Shown piece by piece: positions 13,810 to 27,500 of a DNA stretch of 64,000 nt. Each line of letters starts with the position of its first letter. Position 1 is the first letter of the stretch. The notes under the pieces are model-generated. The model was not told the DNA's origin, ran no database searches, and saw only the letters and a program-made list of their open reading frames with translations. Source of the DNA: Geosiphon pyriformis uo1. Lineage: Eukaryota > Fungi > Glomeromycota. The stretch spans positions 760,955-824,954 of the forward strand of contig JAAOMT010000328.1 in assembly GCA_016748015.1 (NCBI GenBank), read 5' to 3'. The position numbers were made by a program, and so were the translations under genes.

Positions 13810-15300
13810 GTTTATTAAATGATTTATTCTTGTAACCAAATATAATCAACATTTATTTAAATTAGAAAAAAAAACATTATTAAAAAATTTTTTTTGAAAT
13901 AATATAAAAAAATTAAAACAATACCAACAAATATAATTTAAAACAATCTATTATTAAATATTAAAATATTTTTATTTAAAATAACAATAAACTAAATTTA
14001 TTTTAATACTAAATTTACATTATGAAATTAAATTATTTAAGTATTGTTTATATTAAATATAAAAAAATAAAATAGTTAAATTATATATTTATATGTATTA
14101 TCATAAAAAATATTAAAAAAAATATTATTTATAAATTTTAAAAAATATAAACTGCATAATTAAAGTTTGTAAAAAAAGTGTTTAAAGTTTTATAAAATTT
14201 TAAAAACATAAAATTTACAAACAAAAATAATAAATTAAATACTATAAAATAAATATATATATATAGTTTTAACAAAAAAATTTATATTAAAAAATTAATT
14301 TGTTAATATTTTAAAAATTTTTAAATTTATTAAAATAATAATAAATAAATTAATAAAATTTATGTATTATTTATAATTAAACACAAAAAATATATAAATA
14401 TTAATTGTTAAATTAAAAACAAATCACAAAAAATTTGACATATTTTTTAAAACAGTTTTAAAAATAATAGAAAACAATAAAATTAATAAGTTTTAAGACA
14501 TAATTTTAAAAAATAAAATTATGTTTAATTTAAATTAGCTAAACTATAATAAATTAAGTAATAAATTAAGTTTTTTTTTTTAATTTAAATTATTATTAAA
14601 CAGATTATATAACACACAATATTACAAATAGAAATGTTTTATATAATAAATAATATTGTTTTAATTAGTTTAAGTAAATTATATACAGCAAAAGTACAAG
14701 CTGTATTTATTATAAAATATTTTAGTTTTATGTACATAAACAGTAATTAGGCCATATTTAAGCAATAAAAAAAATAATAATTATTTTACTTGAACTTATT
14801 TATAATTAAAATTACACATAAAACAAATTTTAACAAAATAAGAATCAATTTACTTAAATAATTATTTTACTTATTTAAATTATTTATAATCAAAATTATT
14901 TTTTGAATTTACATTAATAATATTTAAAACAAAACATAGAATAAATACTAATAATTTTATTTATAGCTAAAAACAAAAACAGACTTTAAAAAGAGAAATA
15001 AATATAAAAATTCAAATCATATAAAGCAAAAAATGTTTGCCCAAAATTTTTTGTGTTTAATACTTTACAATTTATACAAATTATTTGTAACAAAATTTTT
15101 TTTTTTTTGAGAATTAATCAAGAATTCAAGTTAACTTAAAATGTAAAATTCTTTGCTAGTTTGTTTTCTTTTATTTTTTTAAATTACAATACTTATTAAG
15201 GAACAAAAAGAAAAATTTACCTGTTATCTTAATCGCAATTAGTTTTTAATCTCACTGAAGAAAAAATTGCTACGTTAAAAATCAAGGAATTCTTAGTCTA
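13810..15300. repeat. Extremely AT-rich eroded repeat relic
   Basis: Almost no G/C, no ORFs; 14650-14780 and 14330-14390 align by eye with relics at 45.06-45.16/45.83-45.88 kb and 63.85-63.97 kb. Confidence 0.65.
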
Positions 15301-15590
15301 ATGGATTTTTTTTAACAGGAAAAAGCCTGGATTAGTTTTATTTTTGCATCACATTTCGATGTCGATCAGACCGAACATGTATAAACTTATGGGGAAATTA
15401 GAAATTACTAATATACAATGGGAGTGAGCAGACTTGTCTCAAAGAGTCCAAGATCTAGAATAATCTTCTGCAAATCAATAGATCAATCATTAAAAAATGT
15501 AGGTCGCAGAAAATTCTTGAATAAAATATACTTTCCTTTCATTTCATATCGCTCTTTTTCATCCCTTTCCTGGTCCGAAGCTCCCTATAA

Positions 15591-18500
15591 ATGGGTTCTA
15601 AAGACGTATATGATGACTCTGGTCGCTTCGAACTTCAGCTTCTCGGAAGAGACGCAGTCGTAGAGGTTGACTGTCAAAGCCCTGAGAGTGTGGAAGAAAT
15701 TTTGGAAATCTTGCGTATTGAAGGAATCGCACTAAAATCCCTCATACCTGTGGCTGTATGTATATGCGGTCAACAGATAGGAAGAAAGTTCAAACCTTTA
15801 ACTATTGTTGTTTTTTACGAAGCTATATTTCAATGTGAACCGCAATCAACCCGATCCTGCCATCTCCATACTGGAACAAGGCCTTCGAACAGGTAGCTCG
15901 TTCGATTCCTTTTTAGTGAGACTCTTAAAAACGACTTTAGCTTTTCCTTATTTCCACTCTTGCATGCTTTCTCAAGCTAGTGGAAATCCTCAAGAAAGGC
16001 TTCCACTGATCAATTTGCTCGCCAGCCTGTACATAAAAAAAGCCAAAGAAGTTCCAAGCGCCAAGCGAGAAGAAAAAAACACTTATTTATCATCGGCTAC
16101 CGAAAGATACAATGAAGCCTCGCATTTAAACTATAGAGAACCAATCACATGGGTTGGAAAAGGCATGTATGATTGTTCTCTGAGAATTCATTTCCTTTTG
16201 AAAGATCTCAATTAACCCCCCCCCCCCAACTCTACCTGGGATTCTCTAAATTTAGGACTGCTATATTTAGCCAGAAATGATGCCGAATTAGCACACCGTG
16301 CTTTTATGAACGCGTTGGAAATTGCACCCACTAATATTCCTGCTCTTTTTGGCAAGGTGAGATTCTTTAGAAACCTGTTTCTTGAATCTTTGCCCGGTTA
16401 GCTTTGCTAATATCGGATTAATCACAGGCACGAGTTCAATACAATCATAGGGAATTCAATAATGCTCTGACAACCTACCAGACTATTCTCAAGCTAAATC
16501 CAAATTGTAAACCTGACCCACGTATCGGAATCGGTTTATGCTACAATAAGCTTAAATATGTTGATCAAGCATACATGGTGTTTCTGCGTTGCCTAGAAGT
16601 TGTAAGGCTAGCAACCTTCGAACGAGACTACTCTTCATTTTATCGAGACGCCTACCTCTCACTCACTCACTCACTCACTATTTTATCTCATTAGGACCCG
16701 GACAGTGTCGCGGCGAACATATTATTGGCTCAAATGGAAATCAACAAAATGAAAGATCCAAATACCCCCGAAGAACATCGTGCCCCTCTTCTCACCCAAG
16801 CAATGGGACGTATTCTTAGAGCACACGAACTTGATCCAAAGCATCCAACCGCCTTGAATCTATTAGCCAATTATTTGTTCTATCGGCGTCAATTCGATCA
16901 AATTGTTCAAACTGATGATGTTACTGAAGATGACACCGAGATATCATATACAACGGTACAATTCCCCCTCCCCCCTAGTGGCAAAATCACGGATTTTAGA
17001 TTATAAATTTCCTCTGTTTTATAGCTGTTTGATGTCGCCCAAAGGGCGGAACGATACAGTGATACTAAACCTATTCTTGCCGAAGCTCATTATCAGCAGG
17101 CCCGTGCCTATCATCTTTTGGTATATTCCTCAAGCCAAATCTCTTAACATGTCATCATTAGTTTACTTTGAGCCGTTATAAAATTTTGTCTTTTTCCAAA
17201 TCTAATAGGAAGATTGGGACAAAGCCTACTATCATTACGCTCAGGCCATGAAAACTTATGATGAACATAATCTGGCGCATTTCGGAATGTGCCAAGTTCT
17301 TTTGCGTAAAGGCAAGAACAAAAACTGACATAATGTGTTTTTGATTCATAGTTTCATCATTTTGGTGTCTTCAAAATTAAAATATATATTAACTTTAACA
17401 CCCCAGGTGCAATCGATACCGCTAGAGCCGGACTTGAAAGATTACAATCGAAAGTTGGACCAAATGTAGATATTATAACGGTATGATCGACCCGATAATA
17501 TGAGGATCTTTCCGTCAAATGTGATTTTATCAATAAAATTCATCCATCTCTTTTTGAATTCAAGGTCCTTGCTGCTATATACGCTTATAATTATAGAAAC
17601 GATATTAATGCCACCCAAGCTCGTGATGAGTTTGAGAAAAAGATTAAGATGATTAAGGAGGAGAAATTTGACGACCCTCAGGTTTTTATCGAGAAAGCAC
17701 AGTTATGGGAAGGACAAAATTGGCACAAAAGTTTAACGGGTGCGAAATTGCTAATGAGTTCATCTTTTTGCAGCTCGCATGCATGAAGTAAAGAAAAAAA
17801 TTAGATATTGTTTTGTGTATTTGAATTCTAACCCAACCCAAACTATCTATGATCCCTATAGCATACAAGCGGGCAGCTGACATATATTTTAACAGTGGAC
17901 TCCCGATTCCCCCGCAAGTGCTGAATAATATGGGAGTCATATATTTTAATCAACGTAAGATTCTTAAGATAGCTTGACTTTCGGTTAATAAACTCCGAGA
18001 TTTACTAATGATATCTTTAGCCTCCCAGGATAAGAATCACGAAAAAAATTATGCGGATGCATTGAAATGTTTCCAGGAAGCCCAAAAGAACGTGATCCTC
18101 CCATCTGACAAAGGAATAGCATTAACTATTGGGTACAACATAGCTCGTACTTACGAACAACTGGGTAGACCACAAGATGCAATCGAGGAATACTTTTGCA
18201 TGGCCACAGAACACCCTGGCTTCGTGGATGGTATATGTTTTCATTAAAAGGCTAAACTCTTGAATATTATTAGGCCCGCTAATTTTTATCTGAATACTTT
18301 ACTTTCCACATGTCAGCACATCTTCGTATCGCTGCGATCCACGAGGATAATATTGACTGGAACGAGGCCGCAGAAATATATGATACAATATTGAGACATG
18401 ACGAATCAAATATTAATGTTCGTATAGCCCTGGGACGTCATTATATTAAACGGGGCAAAAGTCGAGAAGGAAGACAATGTTTTGAAAAGGTTTTGCAACA

Positions 18501-19993
18501 TTTTGACCGTCACAACATTTACTCGTTATTGTCACTGGGAAGCTTTTGGCTCAACGTGGCTCGAGAAGAAATGAAGAAGCCCGATCAAGCAGAAGAGAGA
18601 AAACGTATATACAATAAAGCTCTCGAATTTTTTAAAAAAGTGTTACAATTGGAACCAAAGAGTATTTGGGCGGCCAATGGAATATTGGTTGCAAACGCGG
18701 AAAATAACTGGATTGAAGAGGCCAAAGATGGTTTTGCTACAGTCTGTGTGCAAGCTTTCCGTTTACGTGAGATACCTTTCTCCATTTGAAAACTTCTAAC
18801 ATCACATCATACTATATGCAGATTAGAGAATCCGCTCAGATGGCGGTGCCAGATATCTCAATCAATTACGCCCACACTTTAATGGAGTTGAAAGATTACA
18901 AAACCGCTATCATGGAGGTAGGCGTGTGGAATTTATCACGTTTTTGATGTGCTACACATTATTGTCATTCATGTTTCCTCGGCGTTACCCTTCACGCTAC
19001 AGTACGAAAGTGTACGCCAGAAAAGATTCAACACTGGGCAAGACATTGACATCCAGTTGTTGATGTGGTTAGCCAAAGCTTACTATTTGCATGGTAAGAC
19101 TGCGAAAAACGTGGCGTCCATGGAAAAGGCCTTGCTTTACACGCAAAAAGTGAGTTACACAATATATGCCAAGCCAAACGTTTTGTTTACGGCCACCATC
19201 CGCAAATAATGACCCGCAAAATATTCGCTCGGGTCGAACCCCACACCCATACGGAAATTAGGCATATATTCTCAGACCGGGGGATCAGCTGGTGATATAT
19301 GATGTCGCGGTTTGCCAACAAAGCCTTGCACAGCTTGTCGGTGAGCAAGGAAAGACGGAGAGATCATCTGCTATTCTTGAATATCAGACGAAACAGGTCG
19401 AGTGTAGTCGAAGGTACACGTATTAAGTCTACACCAATCAATGAGACCGGTGTGTGATGTGCTAATTGATTTAAATTGTGCAGGTTGTTTACTCGCTGTA
19501 TTACTTTGTACGAAGAGAATCAAAAAAGAGACCCAAAGAAAGAACCGGTGCAACATTTTGGTTTCAATCCCGATTTGGCACGTCAACGTGTGAAATTTGC
19601 CGACTCTGTGTTGAAAATGTTGTTGGCCAAGACCGCGGAGCAGAAAGATCATGAAAAGGAATCCCAAAGACGGCACGCGGCAGCCCTGGCGCTAAGAGCG
19701 GAAAAACAGCGAAAGGAAGAAGAAGCCAAAGTATTTATGTGTATTAATCACATGTTTACCAATCCCGATTTATGCAGAATATCAATTTTTTGTTCTATTT
19801 CTATTAGGCAAGAGAGGATGAAGTGCGGAGAGCAGAAGCTCTGCGCGCTGATGAATTGCAAAGGCAGTTCCAAGAGACTGCGCGTAGTTGGAACTTGGAT
19901 GGATCAAGTCGTGATTCGGAAGGTAGAAAGCGTCGGCGCAGAGATGATGACGATGATGGAGTCGAGAAACATCAGAATCCCGATGGAGTTTAG
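15591..19993 (+). CDS. CTR9: PAF1 complex TPR subunit CTR9, many exons
   Basis: Long TPR array with KPDPRIGIGLCY, TIGYNIARTYE, NIYSLLSLG, FFKKVLQLEPKSIWAANGI, followed by a coiled-coil/acidic C-terminus; stop at 19991-19993. Confidence 0.9.
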
Positions 19994-20487
19994 AATTTTG
20001 CGATCCCATTTACATGTCAAGAACAATTGATGCCTCTTAACTTAAAAATAACCGTAGTGTTCGTGAAAGGATTAACACATTGTACTGGGTTTTTTTTTTG
20101 ATTTTCGTACCACACTGTTAAAAAGATGATCTCTTGAATAGTTGCCCATTCTTGTCCATCAACGGATAAGTGCGCTTATCCGTTACATCCGCTGATAATC
20201 TTTAGCATCTCAAGTATGCTTGCCCTACCGTGGTAGTCTGTAATACATTATCATTGTCTTCGTCTCCAATTAATCACCGCTACTATTCTAATGATAATAT
20301 CAAATGGAAAAACCAGGAGCTCGAAGGATTTTTCTTCAAAAGGCTCTTGCGCTTAGTTCGTTGATAAAATACTTCTGTCCTTTGTCAATTTAAGCTTCTC
20401 TATTATAGAGAAAATCTGTAAAGAGCACGCGGTATTTGCTCTGGGTGTCATTCCGATCTGTGATTGCCTCAACAAATAATAGATAAC

Positions 20488-23400
20488 ATGGAATCAAATA
20501 ACCATCTTGCTTCTACAATCAAACCGCTTGAAATAGAGCAGCACGTATCATTTGCGATTCCGAGCCGAACACCTTCCTTGAAATCTGTGGCGTCTCTCAG
20601 ACAACCTCGTTATCATACGGTTTACCAGCCAACCAAACGCGAACAATTAGCTGTACAACTAGACAACTCTGCCATTGGGAGTATATGGAAGTTGGTGGAC
20701 GCTTTTCTCAACATTCTCTTGTGTGGTGCTTACATTGCGAACACGCCTTATTTTCTTAGCAGTCTGCCTGCTTTTAATGTGTGGTTTGAGTTTGTGATGG
20801 CCATCCTGTTGCTGATGGAATACCTTCCCAAATTCTACATTACCCATTTCAATTCGTGGAGATCACTTTTCACACACGTCTCTCCGATTCTCACCTTCCT
20901 TACGGTGTATCCGGTATTTAGTGTAGCACAAGATTCCAATTTCAAAGACACACCTGCCCTGGTATTTTTGTATCCTTTCCGATTCATCAGGTGTCACTTG
21001 TCCGTCCATGATTGCTTTGTAAGAAGCGAAAAGTCGGTGCTGAGGCTCGGACAAGTGACTAGTAAAGTCTTGATATTTATAGAGTCGATTATTTTTTTAA
21101 TCTTGACCGGATCTTCGTTGCTACATGGGGTAGAATTTGTTTATAAGGTGCTGAATCGTTACCATTCTCAATTCTTGTATCCTAATCGTTCTGACTGACT
21201 GACTGACTGAATCAACTTGAATCATTAAATCAATAATATATTAGGGGCAAGAAAACCTTTCCTTCCTAGATGGTATGGGAAAATTTATTAAAGTTACCCG
21301 CGCCATCGATTAGATCCGTTGTACCAATCGCTGACTGGAGTGCTGTTTTTTAGCTGTTTTTTTTACAACAATTATGTTGGGAACCGTGGGCTACTTGAGT
21401 GATGTTGTTCCTGATGGCGCTTTTCCTCGGATACTTTTGCTGGTGATTTTTACGATGGGCCTCATCTTCATTCCGGTAAAAATTTTAATGCTTCAAGATC
21501 ATTGATCACCTTTTAATATGAAGATAAAATCTAAAAGCAGCCCTATGGTTTTTCCTCCAATTCAGTACTCCATCTCTGAATTAACCATTTTGTTGCGTTC
21601 CAAATCGCCGTACGATAAAGCTTTTCGGAGAATATCACGGCAGCCTCATGTTATTATAATTACACCGACCATCGAGTTGCCTTCATTAAGGCACTTTTTG
21701 AAAGAATTTTATTCATTGGCTCATGGACCTGGAACAATCAATACCAAGGTTGAAAAAATTTTCCTAATCTTTGACCATTATCTAAATATTGGTCATCATT
21801 AATCTCCTTTTCAAAGGTGGTAATATTGAATCCTGTCGATCCCACTGAACGCGTCAAAACATTTCTTTCTGACCCAATGTACGCTCATCGTGTTCAATAT
21901 GTTCGTGGCAGCTCGCTCGAATCACGCAGTTTGAAAAAAATAAGGGCCAAAGATGCGGCCGCTTATTTTATCCTGGCAAAGAAGTACACACAGCAAAGTG
22001 AATCAATTGATGCCGAGAATGTATTGAAAGCAATGGTATTTTTTATTTTTGTACTTGGGTAGCTATCTGAATTTCAAAAGATTTCGTTTAATTCACCAGG
22101 GAATACCTTGGATACAACATTAGGCTTTGAGAAAATACGATGAAGGCCCAAAACTCTATATTCAATGCATCCTTCCCGAGAATAAGATTCACTTTGAAAG
22201 CTTACGTAAGTATTTCAAGGCATTATTTTAATGAGATCAGAAATATCCTAAAATTTTAATGCATTTCGTTGATTAGACCCTGAACAAATAATATGTATTG
22301 ATGAGTTGAAGCTGGCCATACTTGCTCATTCTTGTCTGACCCCTGGTTTCTCAACGCTATTGTACGGGCTTACAACTTCATTTACGAGTGAAACCGCACA
22401 TGAACTACGATATGCCAAACGTCGTAGAAGATCCCTCGGACTGGATAATGACTCAATCGAGGATTATATTTCTGGATTGACACAATCCATTTATACCACT
22501 ACTTTGTCCGATTTCTATTCAGGACAGGCATTTCTCTTAGTTGCTGGTCAGTCAAAAAAATCGCAGATATTGAGAACTCCGCGTCCTAGTTTCCAGAAAA
22601 TTTTACCTTCTTTGAATCCTTTTAGAAAACATGTATGTCATGCTTGGGGTGGTTCTTTTCGCAATCGGAATTCCTAAAAAGCGATCCTTCTCGCGTTATT
22701 CGCAGCATTGGATGTTTGATGAAAACGAGGAGGAAGGACAAGAGGATCTAAAGAATTATATGGTTCTCATCAACCCTGGTGATTATATTGTCAAAGGAGA
22801 TGAAATTGGGTTTATTATTGCGAGTGATGAGATTATAGCTGATGGGTTATCTAAGGTTGCGGCTGCAGAACAATCCGAAAGAAATTTCAGTGGTGCTCAC
22901 ATGATTCATGGAGATTCCCTCACGGAGAGGCAGCCCCTATTATCTCCCGACTCGTTGAAAAGTAGCGGAAGTGGTTATTTTGATCTGAAGAAAAAATATA
23001 GTTCGATACCTCCGATAACTCCGAGAACTCCCGAATATCCTCACAAACCCGATTCGATCCCATCAATCCGACGTCAACGTGCATTGTCAACACCACTAGC
23101 TTTTGGGGCCGAACACCCCCATCCTCATCCGCATCCGCATCCGCATCAAGAACTTCTTCATTCTCACACAATTGATCCCGTGGCAACTTCATCCACCGTC
23201 CCTCTTCCTGTTCTGCACGAAATTGAAGGCAAGGGCCTTTTAATAGATAATATTGATGGGCATATTCTTCTCTGTGACTATAGTACCACTACTTTCCCTC
23301 GAAATCTGGATTGTTTTGTGAGCCCTTTGCGCAAGTCACACCTTGGGAAATTAATACCAATCGTGATTTTATCACCTGCCAGACCAAGTCAAAGCCAGTG

Positions 23401-24333
23401 GCGTATATTGAGTCAGTTCGATCAAGTCTATTTCCAACAAGGGAATCCAATGACTCGTGAAGGATTAGAAAGTGGCCGTGTTACCCATGCAAAGCAAGTG
23501 GTAAGCTTTGTATAATTAATTCCAACTTAGAGACGGTTCTGGGGATCTCGTTAAGATTTTTTATGACGAAGCTTTATTTTAATTAGGTGATATTAACTGA
23601 TGCAACAAGAATATTAAGGTATGACGCTTTCCTTTCTTCCCCTTACTTTCCACATTTTTCCTAATTCTTCATAATCTCTTTTTAGAAATGGCGAGAAAAC
23701 TGAAGACGCATCAGCGATGCTAGTTTTCTTGAACATTAAAGCCATGTGCCAGCAGAATGTTGAGATTTTTGTGGAATTTGTGCACATGGATAACATGAAG
23801 TTTATGTCCGAGGATACGGCAGCCATAGATAAAGAGATGCAAGGTACTTGACGAATTTTGCTGTTTGTCTCAATTTGAAGGATCTTCTTTAATAAATCGC
23901 CTTCTACATTTGTACAGCACATCATTCCCCGGCTTTCATGGCTGGAACCTGTTTCTCACTATCCATGCTCGACAGTATTATCTGTCAATCGTTTTATCAG
24001 CCTCATTTGGTAGCTATAATCCAGCAAATGCTGTTTGGTGCCCCCCCGCTTCATCTGCCATCAGGTGCCACATGTCCTGCCCCTGCTCATTCTCATGTTT
24101 TCCAAATACCGATGCCTCAGCTTTATATCGGGGCTCATTATGAGGACTTATTTGTTTATATGGTTTCAGAAAAGAAGTCAGTTCCATTGGGTTTATATCG
24201 TACACGGACTGTACAAACTCCTTCGGGCGATTTAAAGGAACTCAATTATGTGTATACTTGCCCGAAGTCTCAAGTTATATTACGAAGTGACGATAGGTTG
24301 TTCCTGTTGAGCAGAAAGGCTCCATCGGTATAG
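20488..24333 (+). CDS. Slo-family (BK/KCNT-like) cation channel with two RCK domains
   Basis: TM segments; pore FLDAVFFTTIMLGTVGYLSDVVP; RCK motifs VQYVRGSSL, ICIDELKLAILAHSCLTPGFSTLL, GHILLC, VEFVHMDNMKFM, SMLDSIICQSF, PLGLYR. Confidence 0.85.
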
Positions 24334-24569
24334 GGAGAGAGCAGCATACAAATATTGTTGCTTCCAACAACTAGATCTCAACCTGTACATTCTATTAATT
24401 TGTATACTATTTATATATTATTATAACTCATAAAAAGACACATATTTAGAGACTACACATAGGGTGCTTTTTGATCGTCTTTATATTTGATCGGACATTT
24501 GAGTCAAAATCTTTTTATTAAATATTCTGATCACTAATCTACCAAAGGTTATTCTTACATTAACGTCTG

Positions 24570-27500
24570 ATGCTGAAGAAATATTTTTCAAGAAAGGGCT
24601 GCAGTCAGCACGGCTTGAAAATCTTTCTTTTATGTAGTTTTCCTCGCATACCTCTTACCCTCTTTTGTGCGAACAGTTGTTTTTGCAAAATTACATCAAC
24701 ACGTGCGATATCATCTTTCGCGGGAACCGAACTTTCTGAAGGTGTAAAAAAATCGAGCGTGAATAACCCAAATAAAGCGTACAGTGACACTCTGCTATTG
24801 CCGAAAACAGATTTCCCTCTGAGAGCAGACCCAATAAAGCGCGAAAAATTATTCAGAGAACGATGCACTACTGAGTTGTATCAGTGGCAAGTTCGTATCG
24901 GTTGTGCCCTTGATATTTTGTGCTGAAATTTTTTATGCAACCTTTTATGCTGGATTAAGTTAGGCGTTGTTACTTTGTTAGCTAGAGAATAACCCACAAG
25001 ACACGTTTATATTACATGATGGACCGCCCTACGCGAATGGCGAATTGCACATAGGTTTGATTTTAATGGCTCCCAATCTGAAACATCGAAATGTTTTCTA
25101 CCTAATTTCGATCTCAATTAGGGCATGCATTGAACAAGATATTAAAAGACATCATAAATCGTTACCAGATTCTTCAAGGATACAAAGTAAAGTGGGTTTT
25201 GATCAGACTAATACTTTTTTAAATTTTCACTTTATTAAAAGCCTTATATCATTCCGGATTTTTATTTCGATAAGCTATATTCCTGGATGGGATTGTCATG
25301 GGCTTCCGATCGAGCTCAAAGCACTTTCCGAATTAAAAGTAAATCAATTGAATTTCAGCGCAATCAAGTTTTTCTCTTTAATACTTGTTCAATCACACAA
25401 ATACTGGGTTTTTTCGGTACCTGAACAGGCAACAAATCGATCCGCGCTTTCACCAATTGAAATTCGAAAGATCGCTCGTGCAACCGCGTTGAATGCCATT
25501 GAAACGCAAAAGAGCGATTTTATCAGTTGGGGGATCATCGGCGATTGGGAACACGCATATCGTACTTTAGGTTTGTATTGAAAAATTTGATATTTATCGA
25601 ATTCATATCCCCAAAATGTGCTTCAAATTCATAATTCGTCTCTTTAAAACTATAGATAATGATTACGAGATAAGGCAATTAAAGGTTTTCAACAAGATGG
25701 CACAAAAAGGTATATGAAAACTGGTTTTTATAAATGGTTGTGGAAATTCAAAACTTATTGTGAAGAAAATAATTTACATTTATGGAAGGATACATTTACA
25801 GGCAAAATAAGCCAGTATATTGGTCTCCATCATCAAGGTAATGATGAGGATACCATTAAGGTTTTTGGAAAATCACGTGTTTGTCGCGTGACGTCATATC
25901 AGAACATTGTGAGCCCCACTTTGCTTTACAATTATCTTATCATCATTTATTATTCTTACTAAAGAACGGCATTAGCTGAATCCGAATTAGACTATCATGA
26001 TCATAAGAGCAAATCCGTCTACGTTAAACTTCTAGTCGAGAAACTACGTAAGTGAAGTTTAGCGTTTATATAGAATTTTTTTTCAAAGTAAAAACTATTC
26101 TTAATGTTTCAATTACATAGCATTATCCTTGCAAGGAATCCTTCCAGCAGACAATCTCAAATTGTCCGCCTTAATATGGACTACCACTCCTTGGAGCCTT
26201 CCCGCAAACCAAGTATTTTGACCTGATCAAACCACATATATGATTTATTTTTTACTATATGTCGGCTGATGTGTATGTAGGCGATAGCAGTAAACCCTCT
26301 GATTTCCTATTCAATCATCTCGGCAAATCCCATCGATGGATCAAGCCCAGAATATTATATTGTTGCTACCAATCGTTTTTTTATTCTGCAGCAGTTGGTT
26401 GGCTTAGAGACCACTTTGACCCAGATCGCTGAGTTTTCTGGCAAGCATCTCCTATTTTTCATTGATTATCATTAGTCCCCATTTATTTATGTGTTGTTTT
26501 CTTATCTGAAAAACAATCAGGGTCACAAATCGTCGGGATCTCTTATCTTCATCCAATTACCAACATATACCATCACGTAATTTCCGCATCTTATGTAACT
26601 GATGATAGTGGGACAGGTAAGCGACTCTCATCTAGTTGGCAATCAGATTTCAACTGCAAATAATTAATTTTTCAATCCAAAGGTTTGGTGCACATCGCTC
26701 CGGGCCACGGATTAGAGGATTATGAAATTTGCAAAAACTTAAATATCCCGGCGTTTTGCCCTGTTGATGACCTTGGAAACTTTACGTCGGATGTGGGCGT
26801 CCTTTCCCTTGAAGGGAAATTTGTACTGGATAACGGTACAACCGCAGTCATTGAATATTTAAAAGCGAAAAATTTGCTTTTAAGAGAGGAGATTATTTCA
26901 CACAAGTATCCCTATGATTGGAGAACCAAGAAGCCAATCATATTAAGGTCGGTGCCCGCGTTATGCAATGAATTATGATTTTATTTTGGTTTTAATTTCA
27001 TTAGTTCCAAACTTTTATCGTCTCGAAAATAGAGCCACATCACAATGGTTTGCAAATTTAGAAGATATTAAAAAAAAAGCATTTGCATCACTTGCTGGTG
27101 TCAAAATGATTCCAGAGAACTGTCGGTGATTTTTCTCTTTTGCATTTCAAAAGATGCTTTTATAGAATATTTATATTTGTTATATGGATTATAAAGCCCG
27201 TAACAGGCTCGAAGGATTCATTCAATCTCGAAGTGAATGGTGTATTTCACGACAGCGTGCTTGGGGAGTTCCGATTCCGGTGTTGTATGATACCGAAACT
27301 GATGAACCATTGTTGACTGATTCTTCAGTGAAATATATCCTTGAAATAATCAGAAAGCTGGGATCCGACGGATGGTGGACCACTGATGAGAGGGAATTAC
27401 TTGCCCCTGAATATCGTGATAATGGTATGCTAAAAGTGGATTAGCTATTCTAGTCTTGGTTTTTATTTGATCTCATTTTGACAATAGGGCGAGTTTATCG

